A DNA stretch of 63,394 bases, counting the filler, from Octopus bimaculoides (Eukaryota): NCBI RefSeq assembly GCF_001194135.2. It is 4 parts of 2 records of this genome, joined end to end, with 100 filler letters (N's around TTAATTAATTAA, not from the genome) between each part and the next. Parts side by side here need not be neighbours in the genome. Positions count along the whole stretch, not along the records: positions 1 to 25,387 come from NC_068985.1; 3 more parts are not named here. The stretch is one strand, 5' to 3'. A program made the translations under genes and the position numbers. Below the pieces are notes generated by a model. It was not told the origin of the DNA, ran no database searches, and saw only the letters and a list, made by a program, of their open reading frames with translations. Shown here piece by piece: positions 1 to 12,599 of the stretch (position 1 is its first letter; each line of letters begins with the position of its first letter).

Positions 1-43
1 ATATATATATATATATATACATTACATACGTATGCCTGTATGC

Positions 44-119
<76 letters not shown>
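1..119. repeat. (AT)n followed by (GATA)n microsatellite
   Basis: Directly visible; the GATA array ends at the L1/Tx1 3' end. Confidence 0.95.
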
Positions 120-1010
120 CCACGCAGGGCCGAACGCAGAGGGAGAAATACAATGTAGAATTTTTCTTTTTTGAAAACGATCAAAGGGGATCGAAAAACG
201 TTTTGGGACGTGTACAGAGGGAGATAACATAAGTGTCGTTGTTAACAATTAGAGTTCTGAAAACGGGGAGGAAATGTAACATTGACTAGGTTTATCCGTG
301 GAACGAAAAAACCTACGAAAAAGAACCACGGTAACCTCGGAAACGAAAAAAAACCGTAACATGAGAGCAAGGCGCTCTTTCTCTTTATTTTATAAGATCA
401 TGCTCAAGGTGGTTCCGTCATCCATGCGTACCATCCTTGTGACATTCACTCACTTTGTGTTAAACCTTTCATTAGACAAAACTTCCCACTCTATTCTCAC
501 CTTCCTCTTAAAGTGGTACTTGAAAAAGTTGATGAGTGGTTGGCCAAAGAGGAAAGTGTTTGTCTCTAAACCTTTCAAACTAGTCCACCATACACATTCT
601 TTCATCATAGCCACCAGTAAAATGAAACTTGCCTTGCCTTCCTGGTTAAAGGAAGGTGGCGGGGCAACATTCACGATAGACTTGGTTGACAACCAAATTC
701 GTTCCACACGTGACAGCAGCCGTTCGACGTAAGCCCACAGGCCTGAAATGTTTGGACATTGCACGAGTGTGTGCAGAACGTTTTCGTCGCTCTGACCACA
801 TCTCGGGAAGTCGGTCCGTGTTTCTTGAACCGTGTCTTCCCGATGGCACTGCCAGGCCAGGGATTTCTGAAAATTGTTCATAGGCCCCGGCCCGAAAGTG
901 GTCCTGAAGAGGTGGGTCAGATATTCCTCGTCGATGCCCAGGGTGTCCCCAAAAACGTTGTCGCACCTACCTTCCACTAATCCTCTCTAGAACGCCTTCG
1001 TGGAATTAAA
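120..1010 (-). mobile_element. 5'-truncated L1/Tx1-clade LINE: ORF2 C-terminus plus 3' UTR
   Basis: ORF 977-450 has a degenerate zf-RVT motif (FPRCGQSDENVLHTLVQCP) followed by W..VERLL and MKECVWW. The frame reads through a premature stop to VNVTRMVRMDDGTTLSMIL* (stop at 392-390). A 3' UTR follows and ends in a (TATC)n tail. Confidence 0.75.
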
Positions 1011-1249
1011 GTCGCGGCGGCGGTGGAGGCGGCATCGGTGGTAATAATGTTATGAATAGATATGTTTTCATTCTTCTTGCTTTTCTTTCCCACTTGTTTG
1101 CTAGGAACGCTGGTGTCAGAATGTGTGTCGACGTTGTTCAACTGTGTGTGTGTGTGTGCGTGCGTGTGTGTGTGCGTGCGTGTGTGTGCGCGTGCGGGGG
1201 GTGTTTGTGTGTGTGTGAATCAATGCTTTCTTCCCTAAGCGTTTGGTGG

Positions 1250-1600
1250 NNNNNNNNNNNNNNNNNNNNNNNNNNNNNNNNNNNNNNNNNNNNNNNNNNN
1301 NNNNNNNNNNNNNNNNNNNNNNNNNNNNNNNNNNNNNNNNNNNNNNNNNNNNNNNNNNNNNNNNNNNNNNNNNNNNNNNNNNNNNNNNNNNNNNNNNNNN
1401 NNNNNNNNNNNNNNNNNNNNNNNNNNNNNNNNNNNNNNNNNNNNNNNNNNNNNNNNNNNNNNNNNNNNNNNNNNNNNNNNNNNNNNNNNNNNNNNNNNNN
1501 NNNNNNNNNNNNNNNNNNNNNNNNNNNNNNNNNNNNNNNNNNNNNNNNNNNNNNNNNNNNNNNNNNNNNNNNNNNNNNNNNNNNNNNNNNNNNNNNNNNN
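1250..1600. other. Assembly gap. Other gaps: ~2076-2500, 4892-4901, 6658-6757, 15653-16099, 18625-18788, 21170-21960, 29499-29522, 31163-32099, 33833-34111, 39603-39752, 43102-43230, 45332-45674, 48531-48986, 53605-53946
   Basis: Runs of N, almost all flanked by (AT)n, (CA)n or (AAT)n. Confidence 0.98.
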
Positions 1601-1654
<54 letters not shown>

Positions 1655-2789
1655 TGTTACATATTTCAATCAGAAAAGTAAATCCAAACAACACTTTGTG
1701 GTTAGTTTGATGTATTGGATATTTAATGAACCTTCCATGGAAACCATACATCTTAATTTATTGCAATAAAATACAGAGAATCGTTCGGTTTTGATGTCTT
1801 GAACTTCAAACGTAAGAGACAACTGTTATCCAAGCTTTTCATAATATTGTAACTTTCAAAGACCTACCTTAATCATTTGTTAGACTTTATAGAAAGCCAT
1901 GTGACGCCATTCGTATGAAAAATAATAAATTAATGCCAACATATTTAATAGCGAATTTAAATTACACACGCACACGCCTACACATATATACATACACACA
2001 CACACATACATACATGCATACATACATACACACATACATATATATATGTGTGTGTATGTATATATATATATATATNNNNNNNNNNNNNNNNNNNNNNNNN
2101 NNNNNNNNNNNNNNNNNNNNNNNNNNNNNNNNNNNNNNNNNNNNNNNNNNNNNNNNNNNNNNNNNNNNNNNNNNNNNNNNNNNNNNNNNNNNNNNNNNNN
2201 NNNNNNNNNNNNNNNNNNNNNNNNNNNNNNNNNNNNNNNNNNNNNNNNNNNNNNNNNNNNNNNNNNNNNNNNNNNNNNNNNNNNNNNNNNNNNNNNNNNN
2301 NNNNNNNNNNNNNNNNNNNNNNNNNNNNNNNNNNNNNNNNNNNNNNNNNNNNNNNNNNNNNNNNNNNNNNNNNNNNNNNNNNNNNNNNNNNNNNNNNNNN
2401 NNNNNNNNNNNNNNNNNNNNNNNNNNNNNNNNNNNNNNNNNNNNNNNNNNNNNNNNNNNNNNNNNNNNNNNNNNNNNNNNNNNNNNNNNNNNNNNNNNNN
2501 ATATATAGACACGCACACACATACATACATACAGGTATATCAAAAACCATACTGCATAAATCAAAATCGCATTTTAGATTTAAGTCATTAAAAATAATAA
2601 AGAGATCCAAACTAACCAAACCAACTTTTGAAAAAAAGAAATGTCTTTTAAAGTATTACTGGAAATTCGAAAATACAAACATAGTTTATTACGGATTTTC
2701 AACAGATCCATCTACGAGACTTGCCATCATTCGAATTAGAGATAAGCTTCTGTCAGATGGAATTAAGAATTTCCAGAAGAATATAAATT

Positions 2790-2878
2790 AATGCCAATGT
2801 GCCACGCAGTAGGACTGAACACGGAACCATGTAGTTGTTAAACATACTACTTACCACACAGCCACTCCTGCACCTAGT
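2790..2878 (-). mobile_element. SINE family 1, head fragment
   Basis: Reverse complement matches the 5' end of the full copy at 35503. Confidence 0.8.
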
Positions 2879-2883
2879 GGCTA

Positions 2884-3320
2884 TGTATTGTTTCTAGTGA
2901 CGATATTACATTTAAATTAAATGGGTCCATCAGCCGTTACGTTTCTACCCAGTGGGATTATGAGAACCCTCGTATCATGAAAGAAGACCATGTTAATTTA
3001 CCGGGGGTTACAGTATGGGGAAGCTCGTAATCAAAGAGGTTAATCGGATCATTCTTTTTTTATGGTACTATTAGTGGACAGGCGGAATGGACGAGAACAT
3101 TCAGTAGACCCCGCGTTCATCAGACTTCACACTACTAGAATTTTTAGAGTGATACTTAAACGATAAAGTTTAAAGTACAAAGCTGGCGATAGTCGACGAA
3201 TTGAGGGGAGCCATTGAACGAGAATACGCACAAATACCGAACGAAATATTTCTTGGTATTGGCAATTCTATTGCTTCACGTTATTAGCTGTACTTGGACT
3301 ACAATGGTCATCAGTCTGAC
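2884..3320 (+). mobile_element. Tc1/mariner transposase remnant (catalytic region, internally deleted)
   Basis: Translates to [58 protein letters not shown], with stops and frameshifts. Confidence 0.7.
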
Positions 3321-3677
3321 ACCAGGCTTTCCTAAAGAATTAAGATTGTGTATGTAAATTCTATTAAATTTTATAAAGGAAATGCTCTTTGATAAACGCT
3401 GATTTTATTCAATACGTGTACATTTTCTGAAACACGCTATATCTATCTATATACAAATTCTTCTCCCCTAGAACCGCACACTTTTGATTAATGCGCTGGG
3501 CAAGATGACTGATCTCAGAACTATAAGTTTCTGAGTTCAGTCATGCTGGTTGTGAAATAAATTAACTTCTTAATAGACTGACAATACCTGCTTCCCCTCA
3601 GCTATTTATTCTTACTGTATATCGCTGACTATTTCTCGAACACTTGAAGCAGTATGAGCGTGATATAGTGTACGACA

Positions 3678-4050
3678 GTGGAGGCGCAATGGCCCAGTGG
3701 TTAGGGCAGCGGATTCGTGGTCATAGGATCACGGTTTCGATTTCCAGACCGAGCGTTGTGAGTGTTTATTGAGCGAAAACACCTAAAGCTCCACAAGGCT
3801 CCGACAGGGGATGGTGGCGAACCCTGCTGTACTCTTCCACTACAACTTTCTCTCACTCTTTCTTCCTGTTTCTGTTGTGCCTGTAATTCAAAGGTCCAAC
3901 CTTGTCACACTGTGTCACGCTGAATATCCCCGAGAACTATGTTAAGTGTACACGTGTTTGTGGAGTGCTCAGCCACTTGCACGTTAATTTCACGAGCAGG
4001 CTGTTCCGTTGATCGGATCAACTGGAACCCTCGACGTCGTAAGCGTCGAC
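3678..4050 (+). mobile_element. tRNA-derived SINE family 2, near full length
   Basis: A-box TGGCCCAGTGG and B-box-like GGTTTCGATTTCC; 11-bp TSD AGTGTACGACA (3667-3677 / 4051-4061); near-identical to 46127-46519. Confidence 0.9.
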
Positions 4051-4589
4051 AGTGTACGACAAAACCCCAACCACTCTTTTTTTTTTTTATTCACATTAAA
4101 CTCCGATAAAAACGTAGTCTACCAGATCTGAAAGAAATGTTTGCAGAATCTTTCATTAAAAAAATACCAAGTTTTCCTAACGTTATGAGGAAACAATGTC
4201 GAGGAAGGTAAATTACCTCAAATTCTTCTTTGAACCACATCGAAAAATGTTTCCACAACCACTTTCAATATAAACGTACTCATTCGATGTGTAGAGAATG
4301 TCATTAAAAGAAAGTATCCATTTTTCAGAAAGTTATGAGGAAACAAACTCTGTAATTACGCCCTAAATTTATTTATTGGGTGAATATTACCATTAAAGCA
4401 ATAAAGAAGACAAAGGAAAATTAGACATAACATAGTAGAAAAATTACACAAATTTCACCCATTTGAGGTTCAAATGAGTGAATATCACATAGCAACTAGC
4501 AGAAAACCACCCGAAGGGCGGTCTTTCATCTGGTATCTATCATTCATGTGTTTGGGAAGAGATAAACATATAGTTATCTCTCTCAATCA

Positions 4590-5160
4590 CTCTCTCCTCC
4601 TCTCTCTCTCTTCTCCCCTCTCTACTCCTCTCTCTCTGCCTTCTCCTCCTCTCAATCTCCGCCTCCTCTCTCTTTCTCTCTCCTCTACTACCTCCTCTTC
4701 CCTCTCTCTTCCACCTCTCGCTCTCCTAGTCACTCTCCTCTTATCTCTCTCTCTCTCTCTCTTCCTCTCACTCTATTCCTCTCACTCTTCTCCTCTCTTC
4801 TCCTCCTCTCTCCTCATCCTCTCTCTCTCCTCCCCCTCTCTCTCTCCTCCCCCTCTCTCTCTCCTCCCCTCTCCTCTCTCTCCTCCCCCTCNNNNNNNNN
4901 NCTCTCACTCTATTCCTCTCACTCTTCTCCTCTCTTCTCCTCCTCTCTCCTCATCCTCTCTCTCTCCTCCCCCTCTCTCTCCCCCTCTCTCTCTTCGTCT
5001 CTCCTCCTCCTCCTATGTCTCTCTTCTTCTCGCTCTATTCCTCTCAATCTCCTCCTCTCTCCCCCTCCTCTCTCCTCATTCTCTCTCTCTTCCCCCTCGC
5101 TCCTCCTCTTCTCTCTTTCCTCCTCCTCTATCTTTCCCTCCTTTACTCCTTCCTTTCTTG
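4590..5160. repeat. CT-rich low-complexity tract
   Basis: Directly visible; source of the Leu/Ser/Pro ORF 4474-5241. Confidence 0.95.
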
Positions 5161-6778
5161 CATTTAAGTATCCCACTTAACGGCTCTAATTACAAAATGG
5201 TAATTACATGCAAAACATACGGTGAATGCCTGAAAACTTAGAGAGTTTGACTGAATGCGTTTTAGCAATTAATTTCAACTCCCCCCGTTATGAGTTCAAA
5301 TACCAGGAATGTAATGTTGCAAATTTAATATACTAAACCTCTAAAACCCTGACCTCGCGAAATTTAAGGAAACTTGAGTGACATTTTGGAGAAGATTTGG
5401 TCACGTAAATTCGTACCAGATCTCTTTTAATCCTATGACCACCTCCAGGTTTTCCTACAGACATTCACCGGAAGATGTACTCTGTATCAATTTAACAGGT
5501 ATAAGATAGCCTGTAAAAATCACATGCGCAGCTTGCTCTCTCCACGCTAATTTATATGTAACCAATGACATTTATGCAGAATTTGAAAAGAAACTATGTT
5601 GCTGGGAGTGGTGAGAGATACAAGAAAGGTGTATGCGATACAGAATATAGGATAACAAGTTAAATATTTACAGTGAAAGTCAATACCTCATTTAATTGCA
5701 TGGAAACCAACAGAATTAAATGGAATGACATAAATAGCAGCTCCATTTGTTAGGTATTCGTTCAATGAAGGTTGTAGATTTAATACTTTCTAGTAGTAAA
5801 ACACGAACATTTGTGAGGATTAAGCTAACAGATTACAGCCTGATAATAAATAACTTGCGGGACAAAAGCAAAAATGGCAGGAAGAGAGATGGGAAGGGTG
5901 TATAGAAATGAAGCAAAGAAGAAGAGAAATATTGGATAAGACGGAGTTGAAATTGTAAACGGAGGAAAAGCTATCAAATATGGACAAGGCATAACGAAAG
6001 ACTGGCTGTTTACTGTTTAAAAAGACAATTAGCGACATACAAAAAGATATATAGTGTAAGACGAAGGGTTCTAAAGCGAATATTTAATGTGTGTAGAGAT
6101 AAGAATGAAGACAATGAACCAATGGTGTAGATAGATACAAGGCAATTAATCTTTGTTATAAAGGAAAGGACGTCTATGAGGATGAATGGTAATAAGATAT
6201 GTTAATGAAGTAGATATCAGTACAGACATATTTCCAATGAAATATCAATACATAAGATTGGTTCATTATTACTTTCAGATATTGGAATACGCTTCCCGCG
6301 GATTTCTGGTAGTCTAGTACCTGTTGGTCCGTGTTATATGTAAATTTGTTTTGGCATAGTTAGACACATGTGTGATAGTTGCCACGATCGCGCGGTCGCT
6401 AAGTCATGCGTGGTTCGTTTCTCATCAGCGGATTCATTATTATTTTTCCCTCTTGAAAAAGTTTTTTTTTTTTTAATGGAGACCTCTTATCTCTCAGATC
6501 TTCAACGGAAAACTCAAAACGGTTGAGTATTTCTAGCAGTTATTGATGAAGAATAGTGAGAGAAAGTTTCGTACTCATTTTTATGAAGTACGCTTCACAT
6601 TCTATATTTAATATTTTCGGGTAAATACAAATATATATATATATATATATATATTTANNNNNNNNNNNNNNNNNNNNNNNNNNNNNNNNNNNNNNNNNNN
6701 NNNNNNNNNNNNNNNNNNNNNNNNNNNNNNNNNNNNNNNNNNNNNNNNNNNNNNNNNTATATATATATATATGTATGT

Positions 6779-6861
<83 letters not shown>

Positions 6862-6862
6862 G
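6779..6862. repeat. (GATA)n microsatellite. Others: 24911-24981, 27520-27567 as (TATC)n, 63344-63394
   Basis: Directly visible. Confidence 0.95.
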
Positions 6863-6929
6863 ATCGGTTGTCAAGCGATGCTGGGGGACAAACGCAGACA
6901 AACAAACATATACACACACATACATATAA

Positions 6930-7345
6930 ACAGGGTGTCCACAAAGTCTGGGTACATGAGGATTAATACATACTTTAAGATATTATTATTTCTTATATTT
7001 AATTGTTTATGTCATGACTTTATTTACAGTTTGGATACATGGGGATTAACATATACTTCAAGAAATTATTATTTCTTATATTTAATTGTTTATGTTACGA
7101 TTTTATTTCCGTCTACCAAATCCACTCACAGGCTTTGGTTGGCCCGAGGCTATAGTAGAAGACACTTGCCCAAGGTTCCATGTGGTTGGTAAGCAAGCTA
7201 AGACAAACTCTGAAATGGTTTTGCAAACCTTGATTATACAATTAATCGATTGCAGTTGGAGAATGCTTCTCGGTTTGTGTAACATCTCTTGGAAAAGCAC
7301 TCAAAATTTCCATACATCTCTGATAATGGGTGCAGATGGGTATTT
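6930..7345 (-). mobile_element. Possible Tc1/mariner 3' remnant with TIR, interrupted by a SINE family 1 fragment (~7108-7190)
   Basis: CAGGGTGTCCACAAAGTC TIR-like start at 6930; minus frame DVWKF..LHKPRSI..IIKVCKTI resembles the transposase C-terminus. Confidence 0.4.
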
Positions 7346-8934
7346 ATAACCTGGTTACAACAGCTCTAAGTTCTACTATACGATCACCATATATTTTATA
7401 TTATATATGTGTGTCTGTCTCTGTGTGTGCCTGTCTGTGTGTGCGTGTGTGTGTACGTATGTATCTCAGCATATATGCGTGTATTCGTATGATTTTATTT
7501 AACCATTAAGCCATTAAATACCCATCTTCTCTTAATAAAACAATGTGCAATCGACATGTCTTGACATCAAACATGGTACATAAGTAGAAAACAGTCTAAG
7601 TCCGCATTAGACTATATAATTACGTTATTAGACCAAGTGAGGGAGCATTAACAGACCGTCCAATCCGCTAGGAATATCAGAAATATCTCTCTCAAATCAC
7701 AGCCTCCTGTCGTAAAAAAAAATGTATATATTATATGTGGTCAAGTATTTTATGTGGTCAATGCCTGGAAATAGATAGAATGTTCCTGATTGGAACGCTT
7801 TGATCATAGATCTGTATGATCAAGTTGAACCTGTGGTTAAACAACAGCAGCAACAGCAAAAAGACTATTTCATTACATATTGTATTATATAATGATTCGA
7901 GTTTTGCGTTTTGGATTGCCTGAAGTTACAAGAGGCATGCGATTAACACTAAGGCAAATATACGTAAGCGATAGCTGAAATTTCAATAAAGAATGAATGA
8001 AAGTGACTTTTAGAATACTCTAGTCTAGAACCTACTCACCTGATTCTGTAGAACTAAGTATTCTTATAGTTTCGTCGTTCATATTTCTATTAGAAATATG
8101 AAATATATGAGAGGATATATATATTATAGGAGATATTGTGGTGATTGAAATATGCATAAACGAAGAAATGGACAAGAAATAAAACAAACGAAACTGATAA
8201 TTCATATGTGAATAGCGTCATTTATTTTTAAATATAAACTCCGAATGCTTTGGTGGACGAGAGAAAGAAATAGATATTTATCATTTATAATTAGAATTCC
8301 TTCAAGCATTCATAGAATCAATTGTTGTCTGTGATGCGTGATTTGATATTAGTTTCATGTATGGAATTCCATCAAACAATTTCAACAGCTGATTATATTA
8401 TTGTAAATTCCAACCAAAATATTCAGAAATTGTCACTAAAATGGATAATAGTTCCTTCCAAAATGAACCTCATTATTCCCATAACTTTACACAGATTAAT
8501 TATACAATAGAATGCCAAACTAATCATCTAATATTATTTATTCACAATAATCAGAATTCTGGTTTCCGTTTCCAAGTTTTGTTTGCAGAAACAATAGTCT
8601 CGCTTTCTATTCAATCGGCTATATTACTGTCATACCCCAATAAATATCAGCAATGTGCTTTGCTTTTCATTAGTGTGATGTTTGTCTCATCATTTGTATT
8701 TGAAGTGAATCAAATTTTGGTTTGAATTTCTGAGCCGTATTCTGACTAGTCTTTCCATTTCGGTTGCGATATTGAGTCCACTAGCATTCTGGTATTTTTG
8801 TCTAAATTTCTTAGATGGAGGTATCGTTATTGTTCACTGATTTATTGGGATTCTGTGCCCATTTTTTTCTTTTTTCTGATATTCACAAGCGTTCGATCAT
8901 TGCACCGATTGTCCATCTTATGCTTCTCGATAAT

Positions 8935-9210
8935 GTCCTCATAAGGTACTATTCCTTCCTCTAGAACATATTCAGATGTCAGAGGTGAAGTAGAGTCTTT
9001 ACAGCTATAACCTAACGAATAAGTATCTCGATCCCATTTAAAAGGAATAAAGTAGATTCTGCCCACGTTGTAGGCCGAATTAAATATTCTCCCATTCATT
9101 CCGAGTGACTGTAAATTTGTCTATGGTAAGCTTATTCAACAAGGTTCTTTCATATGAGGCTTTGTCGAAGGTTAGACGCAAACCGAAATCAGATACATCA
9201 TTGTCTGATG
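8935..9210 (+). mobile_element. Penelope-like reverse transcriptase remnant
   Basis: HK..LPL..YNLTNKYLDPI followed by VSLFNKVLSYEALSKVRRKPKSDTSLS, which aligns without gaps to the PLE motif SLFTNVP..EAL...R..L..D..LS. Confidence 0.5.
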
Positions 9211-9344
9211 GCGATAACAGCATTCTGTTTACACATAATATATTTACAAATGTGGATTTGACCTATATCGGCAGGAATAAGGTTTATCTGTGTGCACACC
9301 ATTATCCAAACAAATTACGAAAACAAAATAAAAAATGATACTCT

Positions 9345-9576
9345 GAGCATCAAGACCTGGATTCGTACGTTGAATTGCTATGTTTACCATGTGTGAGGTG
9401 TTTGGAGAGCTGACAAATGTGATTAAGGAAAATGTTGACGATAGCATGGACAAACAAAGGTCTACTGGAGAAGTGATAACTTGTGCTGCAGTAAAGAGGA
9501 AACCGCTTCATGAGGTAAGGACCAAGCAACTGAGATTTCTCGGTCATGTGATGAGGAAAGAGGGCCTAGAGAATTT
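9345..9576 (+). mobile_element. RTE-clade LINE ORF2 C-terminal fragment
   Basis: Translates to EVITCAAVKRKPLHEVRTKQLRFLGHVMRKEGLENL, the typical RTE LRFLGHVMR..GLE motif. Confidence 0.75.
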
Positions 9577-9668
9577 AGGGCCTAGAGAATTTAGGGCCCA
9601 GAGAATTTAGGGCCTAGAGAATTTAGGGCCTAGAGAATTTAGGGCCTAGAGAATTTAGGGCCTAGAGA
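9561..9668 (+). repeat. 16-bp minisatellite AGGGCCTAGAGAATTT, 6 copies plus a partial
   Basis: Directly visible; one unit variant (CCC at 9593). Confidence 0.97.
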
Positions 9669-9869
9669 TTGGAGGAGATTGGTGATTAGAGAAAATAATA
9701 TATCATTCAATTTCCTCTGCATCAAAAAGAAATATCACGTGAGTATTTATACTTTTACCTGTAATTCAATTATTCTACATCCGTATGTGATATTTTGATA
9801 ATCAAGGAATTTAAAATTCACTGAGAATAACTGATTTCACTCCTTAGTTTCACTGTTTCATTATATTTT

Positions 9870-10275
9870 ATCTTTTATCTTTTACTTGTTTCAGACAATG
9901 GTCTACGGCCAAGCTGGGGTACGGCCTTGAAGATTTCCATTCAAACGAATCGACCCCAGTATTATTTTTGTTAAGCCTGGTACTTATTCTATCGGTGTCT
10001 TATCCCGAACCGCTAAGTTACAGGGACGTAAACATACACGAACACCAGTTGCCTAAGCGCTGATGAGGGACAAACACAGACACAGTCTTACACACACATA
10101 CACACGCACACATATCTATACGCAAGACGGTCTTCTTTCAGTTTCCGTCTACCAAATCTATTCACAAGTCTTAGGTCGGCTTGAGACTATAGTAGAAGAC
10201 GCTTGCCCAAGATGGAACACAGTGGGACTGAACCTGAACCATGTGGTTAGGAAGCAAACTGCTGACAGCGCAGCT
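9870..10275 (-). mobile_element. SINE family 1, diverged full-length copy
   Basis: Collinear with the reverse complement of 35503-35930, including the internal (CA) tract. Confidence 0.85.
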
Positions 10276-10706
10276 ACATATCATTAACAGTTTAATTATT
10301 TAACGTATCGTGTACAGTTTAAGTTCTTATATCACTACATCTATGTTTTATATTCTTTTAGTTTTATTACAGTTTCGATTTCCTAACGGCTATATATCTT
10401 CTTTTTATTATCTAAGTTTTATTGTTATTCGTTTCATTTTTTTTTTCTTCAGTTTCAGTAAGAGAAATCGTATATTCTTTTCATAAATCAATTGATTTAT
10501 GAAAGTATTTTATTTCTAGCAAATATTGACAAATTAAGTTTGCTAAAGCAATTTTGAATTATTTTTTTAAATTAATGTTTATTACTTTATATTTTTTCAT
10601 GTTAGCCATTTTATCTCTCAACAGAAAATTTTGTCACAACGAAATATTCAGAAAAGAAATTTAAAAAATTCAACCGTTTATATTTATTTTTCATTATATA
10701 CTTTAC

Positions 10707-10824
10707 ATGACAGTTTGCTGTATTGTTGGTAAATTTCAAAATTCGTTCAACAATCGAATGTAACGCTTCTAAAGGATTTGTTTTCGCACTTTCTTTATTC
10801 TTGTTAGAGTAAATCACTATTGTC
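10707..10824 (-). CDS. Candidate exon C (TIVIYSNKNKESAKTNPLEALHSIVERILKFTNNTANCH)
   Basis: TTTTACAG acceptor, GTAAAG donor, phase compatible with candidate exon B; its 5' end may overlap an interspersed repeat. Confidence 0.15.
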
Positions 10825-11158
10825 CTGTAAAATTCTAACGTTTCGTTCTCACTTTAACACTCACAAATGTTATAGGGACTTTCGTAAACAAACTTCCAAC
10901 TCGTTAGCAGGAGATTGAATCCAGAGAATGGCCACTCGACTGACTGGCATGAAATCTTATGTAAACACACTTCATAGACGCGTTTCTCTCCTCCTTTTCT
11001 ACTGCAACTAAAATGGTATCTGCTAATAGGAGCTTGCTGCTATTATCCAAAATCAACAAATGTATACCCTAGATCATTCGGCTCCTTCTTTTCAAATAAT
11101 CCAAATTTCTGACTGCTTCATTTTTCTCAATAAGCAATATCTATACACCGCTTCAAAC

Positions 11159-11200
<42 letters not shown>

Positions 11201-11899
11201 TGTGTGTGTGTGTGTGCGTGTGTGCGCGTGCGTGTGTGTGTGTGTGTGTGTGCGTACGTGTGTGCTAGTAGTAGTATTCACCGAAAAACAAGGAGTATTT
11301 GTGTTTAAAATTCATTACGGGAACAAATTTTTGGATGAAAATATTGAATGCAATAATTTCTTTGATTACAGCCTTCTTTGTGAAGATACTTCATTACAAT
11401 GATCGTCCTTGACCTTTGTAATCTTAGGAATTGTTTCAATTTACCAAAGTTCCTGAATCTAATTGTGGCAACATACGATTACAGTTAATATGACTGAACA
11501 TAGATTGCATCAGGAACAAATGTACTTTAGTAAAAGATTTGTCTTGAAAATTATGGTCATTGTAGCCACAGGAATAATAAGAAATTGTTTCAATTTCAGG
11601 AAGAACGGTAATATTGTATCGCTTGGAATCAAATCAGTTCTTGAATGAACACATCATCACTGGTTTTTTTTTTTTTTGGTTTTTGTTTTTCTTATAAGTA
11701 TGAGTAGATGAATATAATACTGACGTGATATGGCAATAAACTGATCAAAGCCATTTAAGAGTTTTAACAGTGAATTCGTGTATCAAAAAAGCATTATTGT
11801 AGTGTATGTCTATATTTTTAGTCATGGTGAGACATCTTTGATGAAGTTTGTTCACTGAAAAATTCAATTTCTGGTTCTAAATAATTATTTGTCTGTGGC

Positions 11900-12490
11900 T
11901 AAGGCGGCGAGCTTACAGAATCATTAGCAGCTCGGAAAATGCTACGTGGTATTTTTACCAGCACTTTACGTTTTGAGTTTAAATCCCGCCAAGATCAATT
12001 TGGCCTTTCAGTACTTTATATGTCTGTGTATTAGGTTGTACGATACTATATCATGTTATAGGCGACGAACTGTCAGAATTGTTAAGGCGTTGGAGAAAAC
12101 ACTTAACGATATTTTCTCCGTCCTTTTAGGGTGGCGTGCTGGCAGAATGGTCATCAGGCCGGAAAAATATTTAGGAGCATTTGGTCTGTCTTTGTTCTGA
12201 GTTCTCACTCCTCCGAGATCACTTTTGCCGTTCATGCTTTCGAGGTCATAAAATACATAACAGCTGAGCAGCGAGATCGATGCAATCGATTTACTCTCTC
12301 CTCCGAAACTGCTGGCTTTATGCCACCGATAATTCTTCCGGTTTTTTTTTTATTGCTTTTGAGTTCAAATCCGCTGACTTTCGTCCTTTCGAGATCGATT
12401 AAATAAGCACCAGTCAAGTACTGGTGTTGATGTAATCGATTTACATCTTCCCTAAGAATACTGGCCGTGTGCCAAGACTTGAAACGCATA
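11900..12490 (+). mobile_element. Cluster of three diverged SINE family 3 copies
   Basis: Heads at ~11901 (AAGGCGGCGAGCT..AGAATC..TAGC) and ~12128, body and tail at ~12360-12490. Confidence 0.75.
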
Positions 12491-12599
12491 AACCTGAAGA
12501 TTAAATGTTCCTCATAAGGAATGGTATATTCAGAGGTCTTTACTGTATATATTATTCTTCACACATGGTACATTTAGTTTGCCAAAAAAAAACTATCAA

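Noticed and set aside
1052-2791. Long ORFs such as 1052-1681, 30891-32298 and 48470-49274
   Set aside because: They consist of N-gaps and dinucleotide repeats and are not coding.
3678-3755. tRNA-like sequences with A and B boxes (also at 35503, 41457 and 46127)
   Set aside because: They continue into multi-copy SINE bodies with TSDs and lack a proper acceptor stem; these are SINE heads, not tRNA genes.
4767-4980. ~80-bp duplication on either side of a 10-N gap
   Set aside because: Low-complexity sequence flanking a minimal gap; most likely an unmerged contig overlap.
8842-9230. Protein-like minus-strand frames (SEYVLEEGIVPYEDII.., SDFGLRLTFDKASYERT..)
   Set aside because: Better explained as antisense of the plus-strand Penelope RT remnant.
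9561-9668. Regular direct repeats reminiscent of CRISPR
   Set aside because: No spacers, eukaryotic context, and the unit derives from RTE sequence.
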